DNA of 64,000 nt from Ramazzottius varieornatus. Its lineage: Eukaryota > Animalia > Tardigrada. The stretch lies in NCBI GenBank assembly GCA_001949185.1, contig BDGG01000009.1:981624-1045623 (forward strand), in the 5' to 3' direction. Each line of letters begins with the position of its first letter. The first letter of the stretch is position 1. Positions 1 to 13,359 of the stretch are shown one piece after another. The position numbers were made by a program, and so were the translations under genes. The notes below the pieces were generated by a model that was not told where the DNA came from, did no database searches, and worked only from the letters and a program-made list of their open reading frames with translations.

Positions 1-2857
1 ACCAAGTTTGTCCCAGGCCTAGTATCGGCAGAGGAAGCTCTCCTCGGTGTTTTAATTTTTTTCTAAACAGATGGTTGGTATGTATCGCGAGCAAAGACAT
101 GGAACCTAAAATACCCCCGAAACTGCCAGAAATCGTAAGGATTTTTTCGAGACTGCGGAAGTTGTACTGACCAGTGGTCATCAGCTGCGTTTCGGTGATA
201 ATACCGCAGACCAGGCAATGAAAAAAGTTTGATTCAAACCGGGCAAAATGGAAATTATGGGGAGCAAAAAAGTATCGTATTGTACTCACAGTGAGTACGG
301 TGGTAATCAAGGTGTTGAGTACGTCTCGCGCATGGCAAGGTTTGGCGGTACTGGTTGCTCACTCAGGCTTGTTGTCTATGGACGACATGCGCACCAAAAT
401 CGCACAGAATTGTTAATCTTTATCCTGAGAATTCGAAAAGCTTTTGTGACGAACAAACATAGATAGAATAATCCTCCAGCAACATTTTAGGACATTTTAA
501 GAATTTTTCTGACAGTCGCCGAATATACTTCGAATTATTGTCAATGTTTGGCAATGACCGCCAAACTGAGCCAGCACTGCATGCGGCCTACTGTAGCTCG
601 GTCTGCGTGGCCCACAGTGTAGGCGCTCTGCATAGCAGGCTCAGTTAGCCTGCATCAGTTAGTTCGCCCTGTCTTCTCTTGCATCCCTCCCTCTACTCAA
701 AACTTATTACAATCAACTCGATTTATCTCCCGCAACCGCCAAACTTTGCCAATCGCTTTATGATCATAACGCTTACCACATCGGGCAAGTGACGTAAAGA
801 AGTAGACAGAGCCCCATATTGGGAGAGTCGGTACCAAGCATAGCCCCATATATCTTGACAAGACTAATGACCAATCTTTCCATTTCCTCCCGTATTCGGT
901 AACGTGACAGACTGCGACGCAGGGAGGCTAGACAGGCGAATCAGACCGTGAGGTCAGCAGTGTAAGCTCGCCCAACTGGATTGTAACACCTTAGGGCTCA
1001 ACAAACCGAAACAACAAGCTGATTATCGAGCCGACGACTGTCCGTACTATCAGACGTAGACAATGGGCGGAGACGCCGTGTCTTCGATGCCATTTGAGAT
1101 CTTTTGTCAGCCAGATTTGGCCAGGTGTCAAACCCGCCTTCCGTTTGGCGTCCGATGTCGTCACTTTCCACTCTTGGTTTTCCTGGCCATCTTCTGCAAC
1201 AGCCCTCTTGTTCCCGGGTATCCCTCTTCCGTGTTTATCCTGCATTGTGTTGAACTCAAGAAAAATTCCTAGTAAGGTAAGCATATTCGTTGCAGGTGGT
1301 TTAGAGATGGAGGGAGATAGAGATGGCGTCAGTGCGTTACATGCAAAGGTTCTGAAATTTCATATGCTTGTTTCATAGTTAATCCGACAGCGTCGTCCTT
1401 TGGAACTCCGACCCAAAGTACCTGCTACAACAAGCTAAACAATTGTTTACGTGCGGAACGATGCTGCTCTAAATTCTGGTGAGTGACTAAGTGGGACTGA
1501 GAAGAATGCCGATGGAAATGGAATTGAAAGTGACCGAACAGATTTTGCGCTGCGCTACTCGATCCTTCCTGAAGGATATCCTTGCTTGCACTGTGTTTTA
1601 GTCCGATGATTGAAACCCCGCAGTCGAGACGGACATTATTAGACATTCCGGACCATCTGGCGTGTGTCGAAATTTAAATCCCTATTGAAATAGACTGACC
1701 ACAGTCGGCTATCGACAAGCTTCCTCTGTGCTTTGTCACCATCAGCCGGTTACGCTGCCTAAGCCTTCTCAATGAATTATTAACCCTCATCGTTTTTCTT
1801 CGTAGTTTCCATCCGACGATCCAGCCCTTTTGTCCCTGAAGAGAATACCTCTGCGGGACGGAAGCATTACAGAAATCATGGTAATCTCTCACCAGACTGA
1901 TGATATAAACTGAAGGTCGGCCCGTCGGGAGACAAACACGACGAGAATTTTCTCTCAACTGACGCACATTCCCATTGGACTTGGGCGAAAGACCGCGCTA
2001 CTTGGGAAAACGATCTCGTCGAGATCGATTGCTGTCCCGAGTGGCGCATGTTTTTGGTGTTTTTAGCTGAAGCGTGCGCCATCAGGAAAAACAAGCTTGT
2101 CTAGTTTATTTGGATGGAGCCCAGATATTGTTTTGGTGTCACCACATTTGTTGTACCGTTAAACTTCACCCCCTGACACGCTCACAAGGTTTGGGTGTCT
2201 GTCAGACTTTCCGATACCGGAAGATCGAGGAAGAAGGAGCAAGCTGGAATTTAGGGAGGATTTACTCGAAGCAATTCTTCGACTTCCGCTTGTGGCGACG
2301 ACTTTTAACTGGGCAAAGTTATTCAGGCCGAAGCTCAAAGTTCTTGCATAGATTTGGGTAGATGGCCAGAGCCATGAATTATGTGGTCAGATCGAAGTCC
2401 GCGTACGTTGTGAACTTGGCTGTTTAACGTAATCTAAAGCGTCAAGTTTTGATGTCTCTCATCGTAATCTGGTTGTGCTTTCAGAGAACACAGCAACCAC
2501 CTCGTTTCGCGCGCCCTGTAAGCCATAGATGGATGGCAACACGGCAATGAATGCTGGTAGTAGTCGCTGAAGGCATGAGCGATATTTGGCGGCGACGTCT
2601 AGAGCTCTTGTTGACATGAATTATACCGGCTAAAGTCCATCCAACCACTTTGATGGTGCCTCTTCACCGTCTGCTCATAAAACGCAAAGTACAGTATACC
2701 GTTCAAAGTGTCTCTCACTCTTTCTCTGAGCATTTTCCCCCAAGCCTTGTGTCGTTTTCACTATTCGATGGCAACATTCCGTGTCAAAAATCGCTAAATA
2801 TCACGTCTTTAGGTCTATCGTACGTTGAATGTTTACTCTCGTTGTCTCCACTTGCAG

Positions 2858-2950
2858 ATTCCACAGTCAAACTCCAGTCCGCGGATAAAACACTCGGAAG
2901 AACCTTTCCGATTAGGTGAGGATCTCGAAGCAAGAACGTTTGCGCTACAG
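2858..2950 (+). other. Candidate non-coding 5'UTR exon, probably of schnurri
   Basis: Pyrimidine tract plus TTGCAG acceptor ending at 2857 and CAG|GTAAGG donor at 2951. An upstream donor AAG|GTAAGC lies at 1277. Confidence 0.35.
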
Positions 2951-5900
2951 GTAAGGGTTAAGTCGAATTCCGCGTAATGCAGATTCAAATTTGTCGGGTC
3001 TCAGTAAGCAACCTCGACAATTTCGTTTTCCGAAGTGGCGCAGGGTTACAGCCAACAACATCCTAAACATGCGTGTCTTTGGACAACAACCAAGCTCGGC
3101 AAGATCGTTTTCCAAGTGGCGCACGCCTGCAGCCAGTAACAGAGAAAGTGTGCGCCACTTGGGGAAAACAACTTGTCGAGTTTGTTTGCCAAGATCGCAT
3201 GCTTATTGATAGTTTTCTATGATCGACCGGAAGGCGTAACACTACCTGCATCGGTTGATCTAGGCAGGTTTTCAGTCCTTTTGCGTCTGACGCTTTGATG
3301 TCTTTGTGGTTGCAGATACGTTTCACAGAAGGTACGAGACTAATTCGATTGGAGGACAAGTGGGACGGGATACACAAAGAAGCCAAGTGATTCACGACGT
3401 TACGGTAAGTTGCAACAACTGGCAGATGCGTCGAGTGATAGTGATTGATGGTTTGGATTGATGCGTAATGTTATGAAAGTGAGTTCGTCAACTCTCTAGT
3501 CTCGTCTGGTGAGGCTCGCTTAAAATGTTGTGGGCTATGAATAAGCTCATGAATCGTTCAATCGATTTACAATTGCGCGCGATGAAACCAGCTTTGGCAT
3601 GCGGGGTACTTGCACTTTTAATGTTGTGGGTTCCTTGTTTGTCTTGCATGTGAATCTCTTGTCTGTTGAAGGTCGGCCTGCTTTTCGGGACTGTTCTATC
3701 GAGAATGATCGATGACTTCCGGTTAGCCGACATTCCCCTCTGATGTTTCCTACGTGTCTTGCAAGAGGGTACCTTGACCGAGGTAGCGGAAGACTTCGGC
3801 TTGTAGCTGTTTGAATGGACCGTCAACGAATAGCAACATTTGAGGGGATGTTCTGGCCTAAGTATTTCTTCTCTCTTCTTCTGTTTGATAAGGCTTTGTG
3901 TCGTAATGTGGGAGTGTGGTTGTGTAAGCGAGAAAGTCTCGCTGAAGTCTGCTGTAGAAAGAGCGTGTTTTCTAGACGTCATGGTTTTAATTAGTGTCGA
4001 AGGTGGGCGAGTTTTTGTTTCGCCCGGTTTTGCGTGTCCAATTACTCATGGGTTTTAATCAGTGTTGAACAGGCTTCGGGTAGCGGGTGTCTATCAGGGA
4101 CAGAGGAGAAGAAAGCGTCTTGGCTCTGCAGTAGTCTATGTGGAGGAAGCGTCTGCCTAGAGGGTTGGATAAGTCGACCAAGATTGATATAGACATTTTC
4201 CAAGCTCAAGAATGCGTCTAAACGGATCCGAGAGAACATACATTAGCCGTGGCGATTGCTGCTCGTTGTCAGTGTGTTGCGTAATCGACTGCAAAGTCTG
4301 GCCTGGTTTGTGACTTTGTGTTGTGGTATTTATATGGTTGATGGACTGTACACAGTCACAAGGCCATCGTTGAAAGGCGATCGCTCGTCTTTTGCCTTCA
4401 ATTGCTCTGATTAACGTTTCCGGCTGAAAGACGCGCTGCTGCTTCTCACGTACACGACTTAATTTCCACCCAGGTCTTCTTATATTTTTTTAATGCGGCG
4501 TAGAACTCGTCCTTTGCGTGTTGACACGAAGGGTTCGTTAGAGAGGGTAATCGTGCGCTATTTGGAGGACGTTGGTTCTTTGAAGGGTTCTCAGAAGAAC
4601 ATCAGGTGACTCTAATCAAAACAAGCCGCGCGGCGGGAAAAGTGTTTACCACAACTGTACGAGTATCGGCTGACTACTTCATGATGAGCTATAATGGTCG
4701 ATGAGTCTCGAGGTAGTGCGTGTATTATTTATGGGTCTTCGCTTCGACGCTGTCTTCCAGCTATCTCTTAAACTTTTCCCTCCAATTGGATGAGAAGGAT
4801 GAACTGGCTTACGTTTCCAAAAAGGCTTGGGGATGTTTTCCTTGTTGCTCTTCTCTCTGGGAGCTCCACCAGGTCGTTCTTGCAAGTGGCGCATGCTACC
4901 AGCTAGTAAGACCGAAAAGGTGCGCCACTGGGGAAAACGATCTGGTCGAGTAAGGTTTCTTTGTATTTTCTTGCTCTCGATGGTGCACTGTAAACCACGT
5001 TGGGTTCGTTGCAATGGCACCAGCTTGCAGTCTTGCACAATCGAAACTTACCTTTGAAAGGGGCGATAAGCGAACAGGGCGTGGTCCAATACCGCAGGTA
5101 TGCTAATCGCGTGAACCATGTTTGAATGTCTGCTCGATGGAAATGCGGGCGTATGCATGTGGGAATATGTGAGGTGGTGCTACTTTCGCTCTGGTCGACA
5201 GCTAACGAGGAATATTTAGGGAGAAATTTCTCTATTTGGAAATTTAATATACTAGATGGGAAGGAGAGGCATGTATCTGTCTGTATGACGGCGACGTCTG
5301 GTTAGTTTTGGCCGCGAATAGCTGCGGGCTATCACGTTGTCTCCTTCCGAGCTTGTTCGACTTTATCGTACACCGAGAGACTTGACTGGTATTCCGGCCC
5401 AGGCAGCTTTGAACGAGTGTAGTGATTCGCATTGGCAACCGTGATAATCTCCGGCAGTAATTCACTTTGCCCTCTCGCTCTCTCCACTGTGAGCCAGTTG
5501 TTACTCATCCACTCGTCTTTCGCTCAAACAAGCGTGGCCTTCTTTGTTGTTCTTCCAGCGCATAAAGGACCTCGGGGAATCACCTGGAATCCCCTTCAAA
5601 CATCGCGCGACTTTTATTTTAGCTCGCACACGCGGTAAGTTCCCAGAGGGCTTTTGAAAGGTTCCTGGTAGTCCCGTAGATTTGGTCAAGAACGCCGGCA
5701 AATTTCGGTATGATCGTTTTTCCCAAGTGACGCATGTCTCCACCCAACAACGCCGAAAAAATGCGCCACTTGGGGAAAACAAGCTCGATTTGATCGTTTT
5801 TCCAAGTGGCGCACGAGTCCAGACAAGGCAAACTGCGCCGCTTGGGAGAATTTTGCTGGTTATGGTACTTTCTTGGTATGACGTGGTGTTTCGCGGTATG

Positions 5901-6443
5901 ATTTCTGTTGTTGAGGTTTTTTCCAAAGAAGCAGGTTGCTCGATGTTATGTTCGAGTTTTGGCGAACTCCGATGGCGATGTCGAAATAGCGACTTGAGAC
6001 GTGGTTCGTGTATAGGCTTTTGAGAAGGAAGTCCATCGTACATATGTCGTTAGTGCATTCACTGGTGATGGCTATTTTTACGGTTTGGTAAACGGACACA
6101 GCAAGCAGCTGCATCTGCAGAAGCTAAATACAGTCGTGCGATGTGATGTGCGATGTGATGATGCGAGTGTCAAGGAGGAGAGGCAGGTTTATTCCGGGAA
6201 GGAGGCCATGAGAACATGTGGCTGCCGCCGTGGCGCATTTGTATCCATTAATATCGTCGTGTAGCTAGGGATCGCTGGCTGCAATATCGGGTTAAGTTTA
6301 TGCACCCTATGTAGACTTTGAACGCTGCTCCTCATTGACTTGTCTTTGTTTACAACGAACGTGCTGGCAAGAAAAGACGTCATATTTTATCATAACGCGT
6401 AAAAAGAAACGTCGGTGAAAAAGAAAATGGCAGATATCTCGGG

Positions 6444-6641
6444 CACCTGCATACGGGGTACGAGGAGCTGGTCCTACCTGTGTCCAGTGCTAAAACTGTG
6501 TACGCATACGTCACTGATACGTCACAGGCCTAAAGAGCCTTCAAGTAACTCGTGACGTGTGGATACAAAGTTTTAGCCTGGACCAAGTTGGGATCAGCTC
6601 CTCGTATCCACGAGGCAACCTGGAGAGAGAGTATGCAGGTG
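6444..6641. mobile_element. Foldback/MITE-like element bounded by family B arms
   Basis: CACCTGCATAC...GTATGCAGGTG termini enclose a ~58-bp imperfect inverted repeat (GTACGAGGAGCTGGTCC...GCTAAAACT...CGTCAC / GTGACG...AGTTTTAGC...GGATCAGCTCCTCGTA). Confidence 0.7.
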
Positions 6642-8021
6642 GGTGAAGTAACGTCCATTTTGTTTGCCGGTCTTTGATTTTGGGTCTTCGATCGAATATA
6701 GTTTTGCGTAGAATATTTCTGATGGTTTGCTGAAAGCGTTGAGCGATGAGGAGAGGGTTCGTTGGTGATGCGAGATCAAGCGTGTAATGGCGGGGTTGTG
6801 GCGAGAAGGCACTAGTTGGCCAACTTGTATTTCCGGCCAGCGGATGTATCGACAGTCTAGTGAGCTCTTGCTCTCTCTTGGTGACGCAGAGGTCGTCAGG
6901 AGAAATGTCTTGACTGTTTGCTCGGGCTTGATAATGCCGACTCTTGGTTTGGCTATGCACTTGAAGTGCCAGGGGAAGTTTACTGTACATATTCTTAGAA
7001 ATAAAATGATAACAGATGGAGCGATCAGGCGGCAGCTGCTTGTCCCCTAATCACTAATCAGTCCTCAAGAATGTCCCATAGCGATCTATGGGACCAAGCC
7101 CGAGCTACTCATGGCACGGCGAGCCTCTAAAGCTGCATTAGCCTCTAACTTTTGTGACCAATGCTCGAGACTCTTTTTCTAAACGAACGAAGAGCTCGGC
7201 GAGCAAAATCGGCTTCCCAGATTATTCTCCCAAGTGGCGCACCCTTCCAGCCATTACCACTGACACCGTGCGTGAACTGGGTGAACGGCGATGTTTTGTA
7301 CTGGGCAGACTAGGCGAACAAGGAACTGCATGTTACAAGGCGTCCTCTTTTAGTTTGTGGTACAAGCTGTAGTTTTGAGCTTGCTTTGAGCCTTGGTTTA
7401 GGTTGTCTGAGAAGGGACCGGTGGTCGGCGGAGATAATTACCACGGTATGGCGGCCAAATAAAAGAGACGAGGAGTGTATAGACAGTGAATGGTGGTTGA
7501 GTGGTTCTGGCGCCACAATGTCTGCATTTGTCGCCTGATGGCTTGTGATCACTATGCGCGTTTTAACGAGAATTGTGTTTGATCGTTTGGTCTTCGTTGC
7601 CTTCACTGGGACATCCTGCTTGGGTGGAAGGAGACGCTGGAAATCTGTCACGACCGTGCCTTGTGGTCATCTGACGCTCTTTGTTGGCGCTGTCTAGTTC
7701 GAATTCTTTTGCTGGCTTCACTCTCGCTGCTAACAATGTCTTTTCTCGCAGTTTGAGATGAGGCCGCTTGACTAGCTGGCCGCAAGTTTATAATGACGGA
7801 TGGACCATATGCATTTCAAAGTTACAGTAGCTAAGTTAAGTTAGCATGCACGGACGAACAAGGAAAGAATGTGAATTTACGCGTGGGTAACGTGACGTCA
7901 AAGTAGGTCTCTGATTCATGGAAATCCGGTTTTCATCTGAATGGGTTGAAGGCTACTTTACCACTAACCATGCAATATAACATAGCAAATATCCAAACTG
8001 CCTGTTGAAATGAAACTTATA

Positions 8022-8220
8022 GTTAACGAACTGAACGAGACCGTTTTTCCTAAGTGGCGCACGCGTCTTGCCAATATCACCGAGAATGTGCGCCACTTGG
8101 GGGGAAAACCAGCCGGTCGAGTTTGGCTGTTCTTCCAAGTGGCGCACCTTTTCAGTGTTGTTGGCTGCAAGCATGCGCCACTTGGGAAAACGGTTTTATC
8201 GAGCTTGTCTGCTGAGCTTC
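8022..8220. repeat. Family A dimer with oppositely oriented spacers
   Basis: Arms at 8052 and 8137 (period 85). Spacer 1 is CGCGTCTTGCCAATATCACCGAGAATG (forward) and spacer 2 is CCTTTTCAGTGTTGTTGGCTGCAAGCA (reverse); both are 27 nt. Confidence 0.9.
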
Positions 8221-10265
8221 TAGATATTTCGTTGATGGGGGGAATATGGAGGAAGGTCATTGTGTGCTCAGAATGGAAGGGATCAGTACGATAATGTGGT
8301 AAAGTAATTTAATTTGTTGGAGGAGAATATGTGTGTTTGATTACAAGTTAGGCATGAAGTGGGGCGTGGTAAGCGTGAGAGTTGCGTGTGATTTCCTGCA
8401 GTCCGCACTGCGCAACTCGAAAATGAGGGGAGTAAATCCGCAGTGAAGCTGAAGGTGAAATATAGGCTCTCTAGGTGAGAGCACCGGTTTTGTAATGGTC
8501 GTATATATAGACTACATTGATCTTTTACAGATTCAAGCTAACGGGGATACCTTTGGGTCGACCTTTGGCTTGGGCCATGCGTGACGCTATCAGGGTATAA
8601 AATGCGCGGTTGAATAGGAATGTGGTCGTAAGAGCTGTAATGCGCCTGTTTAGACTCTGGAGATCGATATGATAGAAAGTTGATTGGCGGACGTGTTAGG
8701 TTGGGTCTGTAGACAGGCTAGATTAGATAAGGGTGAGAGGGTCTTTAAAATCGGAAGGAAGTGCGGAACGGAAGGCGGGAAAGGTTCGCCAGACGAACCC
8801 ATCGAGGGAGACCTTCTTTTCAGGTTACGTCGTCATGAGACTTGACTGGGTTGGCTGATTGCCCACTTAGCCTCTTTAACCAGTGGTGTACAGGCTTCTT
8901 TTTAGCATTTGTGTACGGGTACATCATTCGAAAGAAGAAGCTATTTTTGAAGACGCGAGGTCGATTGGAATGTCGTGGCAAGTCTTAGTTGGGGTGTGTA
9001 ACGTTAACGACGGAGTGCGCGAATGAAATGGGGCAGTGTGTGGGCTGCTGCTTGTTTGACTTTCGCCGTACTCGTACGTGTTTTCATTTCTCATCAGTCA
9101 TCACGAGTCTTGTACGAAGTATGGAGAGACTGTCAAGTAGAGTCAGTAGACTTTAGCTGGCTTTGGTGGCGTCAAAGGTGGTGTCTTGTCGATGGATGCG
9201 AGCGAGCGTATAAATCAAGCATCGATGGCCCGAGCTGCCTTGGTGGTGTGTGGTGTGTGTCGTGTCGTTGAAATGCATAAACAGCAGCGCAAGTAGTTTA
9301 TTTTCCTGGTGGATATTTTTAGAGCGACAACGTGGTTATTTCTGGCCACATTCCATGTGGGACCGTGCCGCCATTTGCTAAGGCTGCTGTGTGTTTTTTC
9401 CAGGCTTGCTCTGGTTTTTTTCACCTCAATCACGCCGTTCGATCTCGACACTCACTGGAAGTACTTGAAATATCGTAAGTGACTTTATATTATATGTTTC
9501 CTGCTTTTCGCCCGATCGATTACGCTTCCATCTTGATCAGGTTAACCTGCACGAGCTCCTTGCTTAATTTGAACTTCAAAGGCCGGCAGACGAAATATGA
9601 AGTGGCGTACGCTTCCAGCCAGCAATTCCGGAAACGTGTGCCACTTGGGAAAACAACCAAACTGGGCAAGATCGTTTTTCCCCAAGTGGCGCACGTTTTC
9701 AGCCATTAACGCCGAAAATATGCGCCACTTGGCATTGCGTATTGCCGAGCTGCCGATAGATGTTTCCTGATGAGAAACTTGAGAAAGGAAGTTTTTGTGT
9801 AAGGTGTATGTGAGATAAGGAGAAAAGACCTCATCAGATTTCGATAGTTAACGAGAGCTTGTTTTCCAATGAGATGAATTTTCCTGGAAGGAGATTTGGA
9901 CATGTGTGTCTTTGAGGCAGGAATATTTATAGCTCGCGCTATATAGGCTATTTCGTCATCCAAGAGATATGCGCGGCTTCCGAGGATGTATGTTTTCATT
10001 TGGTGGCTGCAACATATGTGCTAATTGAGGCTTTATGAGGCGAGGCAAGGCATAGTTTGGCTGGTTGTGTCGGCGGCGGACGAATTGCGCTCTTGTTGTA
10101 AAAACTTGTCAAGTCGGTGTCGTGCATAGTAACTCGAGTAAGGAGCCTGAGCTAATACTCTACTGGTGAAGCTACTTTTTTGTGGCCGAGTTGTTTTTCC
10201 GTGACAGCCATCGAGCTGTTCCCTTGTAAGAAGATTATCTCGTCGTATTCGTTGGACCTTTGATG

Positions 10266-10516
10266 CAAGCGCGCGTCAGCCAGTCTTCTTGTGGACCCGC
10301 GGTCCATGAGATTTTCCGGCCCGCAATGGTAAAAGCGAGTCTTGGTCCACGAGATTTCAGGGGAATTTAATACAGGGGTCCAGATTCATAGTGGGGGTCC
10401 AGCTTTGGGGGACCCCTTTTTTGAGGGGGTCTCCATGCTGGTCCATCAGACTTTTTTCAATTTTCCCTGGCCACATGGTCTGGTCCGTCATATTTTCAGG
10501 CCGTGACGCGCGTTCG
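10266..10516. mobile_element. Non-autonomous hAT-type MITE (251 bp)
   Basis: Perfect 8-bp TSD CTTTGATG (10258-10265 and 10517-10524), TIR CAAGCGCGCGTCA / TGACGCGCGTTCG, and internal GGTCCA repeats. Confidence 0.85.
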
Positions 10517-13359
10517 CTTTGATGTATATTATGAACGAGCTCGTGATCGCGGAAGGAAGTACCTCATACTGAAAGGGTAATTTTGTTTTCTTCTGGGTTG
10601 TTCGTGCTTGAGCGGATAGAGGGTATCTGTGATCGTGAGAGACAGTATGTATGTCAAGTGCGCAGACAATCGATTTTCGATTAGAATATGGTCAATAGTC
10701 TATCACTCATCTTCACTGAGAAATGTGTTTTAGGGCATGGACACTGGAAAATGCAAATTTGAATATCGCGAAGATTTCGAAATTATGACGAGATTTACAG
10801 ACAAAATTTGGGAGCTGGGCAAATAGGATAGACGAAAATCATTTTTTCCCAAATTGTCTACAACAGTGAAGCTGTGCGCCACTTGGGAAACAACCTTGTG
10901 GTGAGATGCTGAGGCAGACGGAAGAAATAGCGGTTGCGTAAAATTTGTTGCGATAATCTGCTATGTTTTTTCTTGACGAACATGTTGACCGGGCATATTA
11001 CAAGTGCGAGGTAAACACGCAGTCAGACATGCGGAGGAATGGCGCAGCGGTGGTCTTCGCCGAAGTACCCAGCCCATATGGAAGAAATATTAATCAAAAC
11101 GCGGCGCCAGGTTGATAAATGGTCTGGCCAAATGGGTTCATCGATATAGCTACATAATAACACGCGGGTTTTTATAGTTGCGTTCGTGTTTGCACGATCA
11201 AGGCTTTTTGCTGACAGTTGGCTTGGAGGATCCGCCTGAACAAAGTCATTTTGCGATGAAGGTGTCACACGACGTAACTTCAACTTTGCTGCTGTCTTTC
11301 TTTAAAACTGAGCTCAAGACGAGACAGTGTCTGTTAATGTTATGGGTGTATCTTGCAAGGTTTGCGAAATGTCTTTGTACTTTTTGTCGTCCTTCTCTCT
11401 CGTTGAACTGCTGGAAGCTTTGATAGTGGCAGCTGACACCGGCGCATGATGCTCGCTTCTTTGTGTCAATCTGTCTGCCAGAATTCGCTGACAAATTTTA
11501 ATGCTGACGATGGCATCGTGCGAGTTTGTACATGTGGCCAAAGAGCTGCATCATTACACACCATACCCGTTTCCGCCTCGTTCACAAATCCAACTGGGAC
11601 ATTCTTACATGCAAATCTGTGGCTTACCGAAGTGCCTGTTTTCATTCGCATATGAGTCAGGGATCATTTTGATTATTGTAGCAAATCCTGAGTTTCTCTG
11701 TGGGATGTCGAAAGGATACTCTGAAGTACGTGTGGTAGCATGGTTTCTCCAAGTGACGCACGCATCCAGCCAGCTACGCTGTGAACGTGCGCCACTTTGA
11801 AAGAGCATCCTGCCGAGTCTTCCGAGTGCCGCACGCTGCCAGCCAGTTTGCCGAATAGATGCGCCATTACGTAGGGAATACGATCTGGTCGAGTTTATTT
11901 CCCCAAGTGGCGCGCGCTCCTAGCTAGGATACCTGGTAAGGTGCGTCACTTGGGAAAATGATTTCGCCTGGTCTGTTTGCTGATTTCCCACATATTATCG
12001 ATGAAGGGTTAAACCGATGGCCGATCAAATGAGATGAGGAACATGTGTGTGTGCGTGTAATGTCTGCGAGTGGAGTGCCAAGGCTACTTTGGAGTCTGAG
12101 CCTCTCATATAATTCGCGTCAGATGACGAGAGGTGAACTATGGAAGCTTTACACGGTAGTCGGGTACGATGGAGCCTGTCGCCGTTGGGTCGATTGACGA
12201 TGGTGTAGTACACTGTACGAACAGACCTTTGGGGCAGCATGTGAGGTGCACTTCTGATGGATGGCTTCTTCCCAGATGGGTTCGCAGTGGTATGGACATT
12301 AGTCAGTGTGTCGATGACGGTAATCACTCGACTGATCTTTGTTGTCGGCAGTACGGGAACAGTGAGGTTTACATTTACAACGTACTGCAGTCTAGTTTGT
12401 CCCGCGCCAGCGTTGTTCGATGTCTTGGTGAATGTCTAAAGGTTGGCCAACGTTTCTCGCGGGCAAACTCCAACAGAATAATAATGCACCCGGTTTAAGG
12501 TATAGTGCGTGGCACTCGAAGCATGCGATATGGCTACGTTAACGTTCAGGGTCTTAATGTTGTTGTGAAAACATCGTCATATCGAAAACCTTCAACTTTC
12601 TCTCGACAAAGCCATCGAACGGAATATCGCGCTTCATTTCTGTTTGCTGTTGGCTTGGCGGTCGGGGAATTGGATAGACGTTGAATGTTGAATGCTCATG
12701 GTGCCTAACCAGTTGTGAATTGATCGGGATACGTTTCCAGGCCAGACAGGGAATATTTGTGGAGGTAATTAAGGGCGTTTTACAGCTGGAATACTCTGGC
12801 CCACGTTTTATCCGCCGCGACCGATATCGAGTGACTGCTTTCCTTCTTTGTGTATTTCTGGAATTTGTGAATGGGATTGGTCTTGGTGAGGGATGGATAA
12901 TTATGGAGTGTGAAGAATATCGAGCGTGACGCTCATGTGTGGTGATTTTTCTGACCTGATTACGTCGATGAGACTTTCGCAGCTCTCAGATGTGTAATAT
13001 GTGCTTATTGTGGTGCGGTCGAGCGCATCGTCTTTATCGCGGACTAGCATCTCTAAAACGTCTAGATTTTTTAGTACAAGCTGGTGCGGAGGGTGTCCGT
13101 ATTTCGTTACCTAATGTGGCTCTGCTGTTTGTTCAAGGTTTTTGGACTGTCAAAAAGCCTAACCGGACCAAAGGTTACTACTGAAGCTCGTGACGCTCGG
13201 CCAAAGGAGTTTCGAACCTATCGAACTGACGGAATGCTCTATGGACATTTAACAGGTAAAATCCACTGAATAAACTTCTCAAAACTGTGTCGAAGTTTTC
13301 GTAGAAAATTTGCATTGATGGTTTTCGTATTATTCAATGGAAAATACCACGCTACATGT

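Noticed and set aside
282-298. Palindrome GTACTCAC-A-GTGAGTAC (also the GTCCCATAG/CTATGGGAC hairpin near 7072)
   Set aside because: Isolated 8-9 bp stems are expected occasionally by chance, and there is no supporting context.
3488-3982. 164-aa minus-strand ORF (also 29552-30043 and 53776-54195)
   Set aside because: No recognisable domain or splice partners. They are explicable by strand compositional skew or overlap with repeats.
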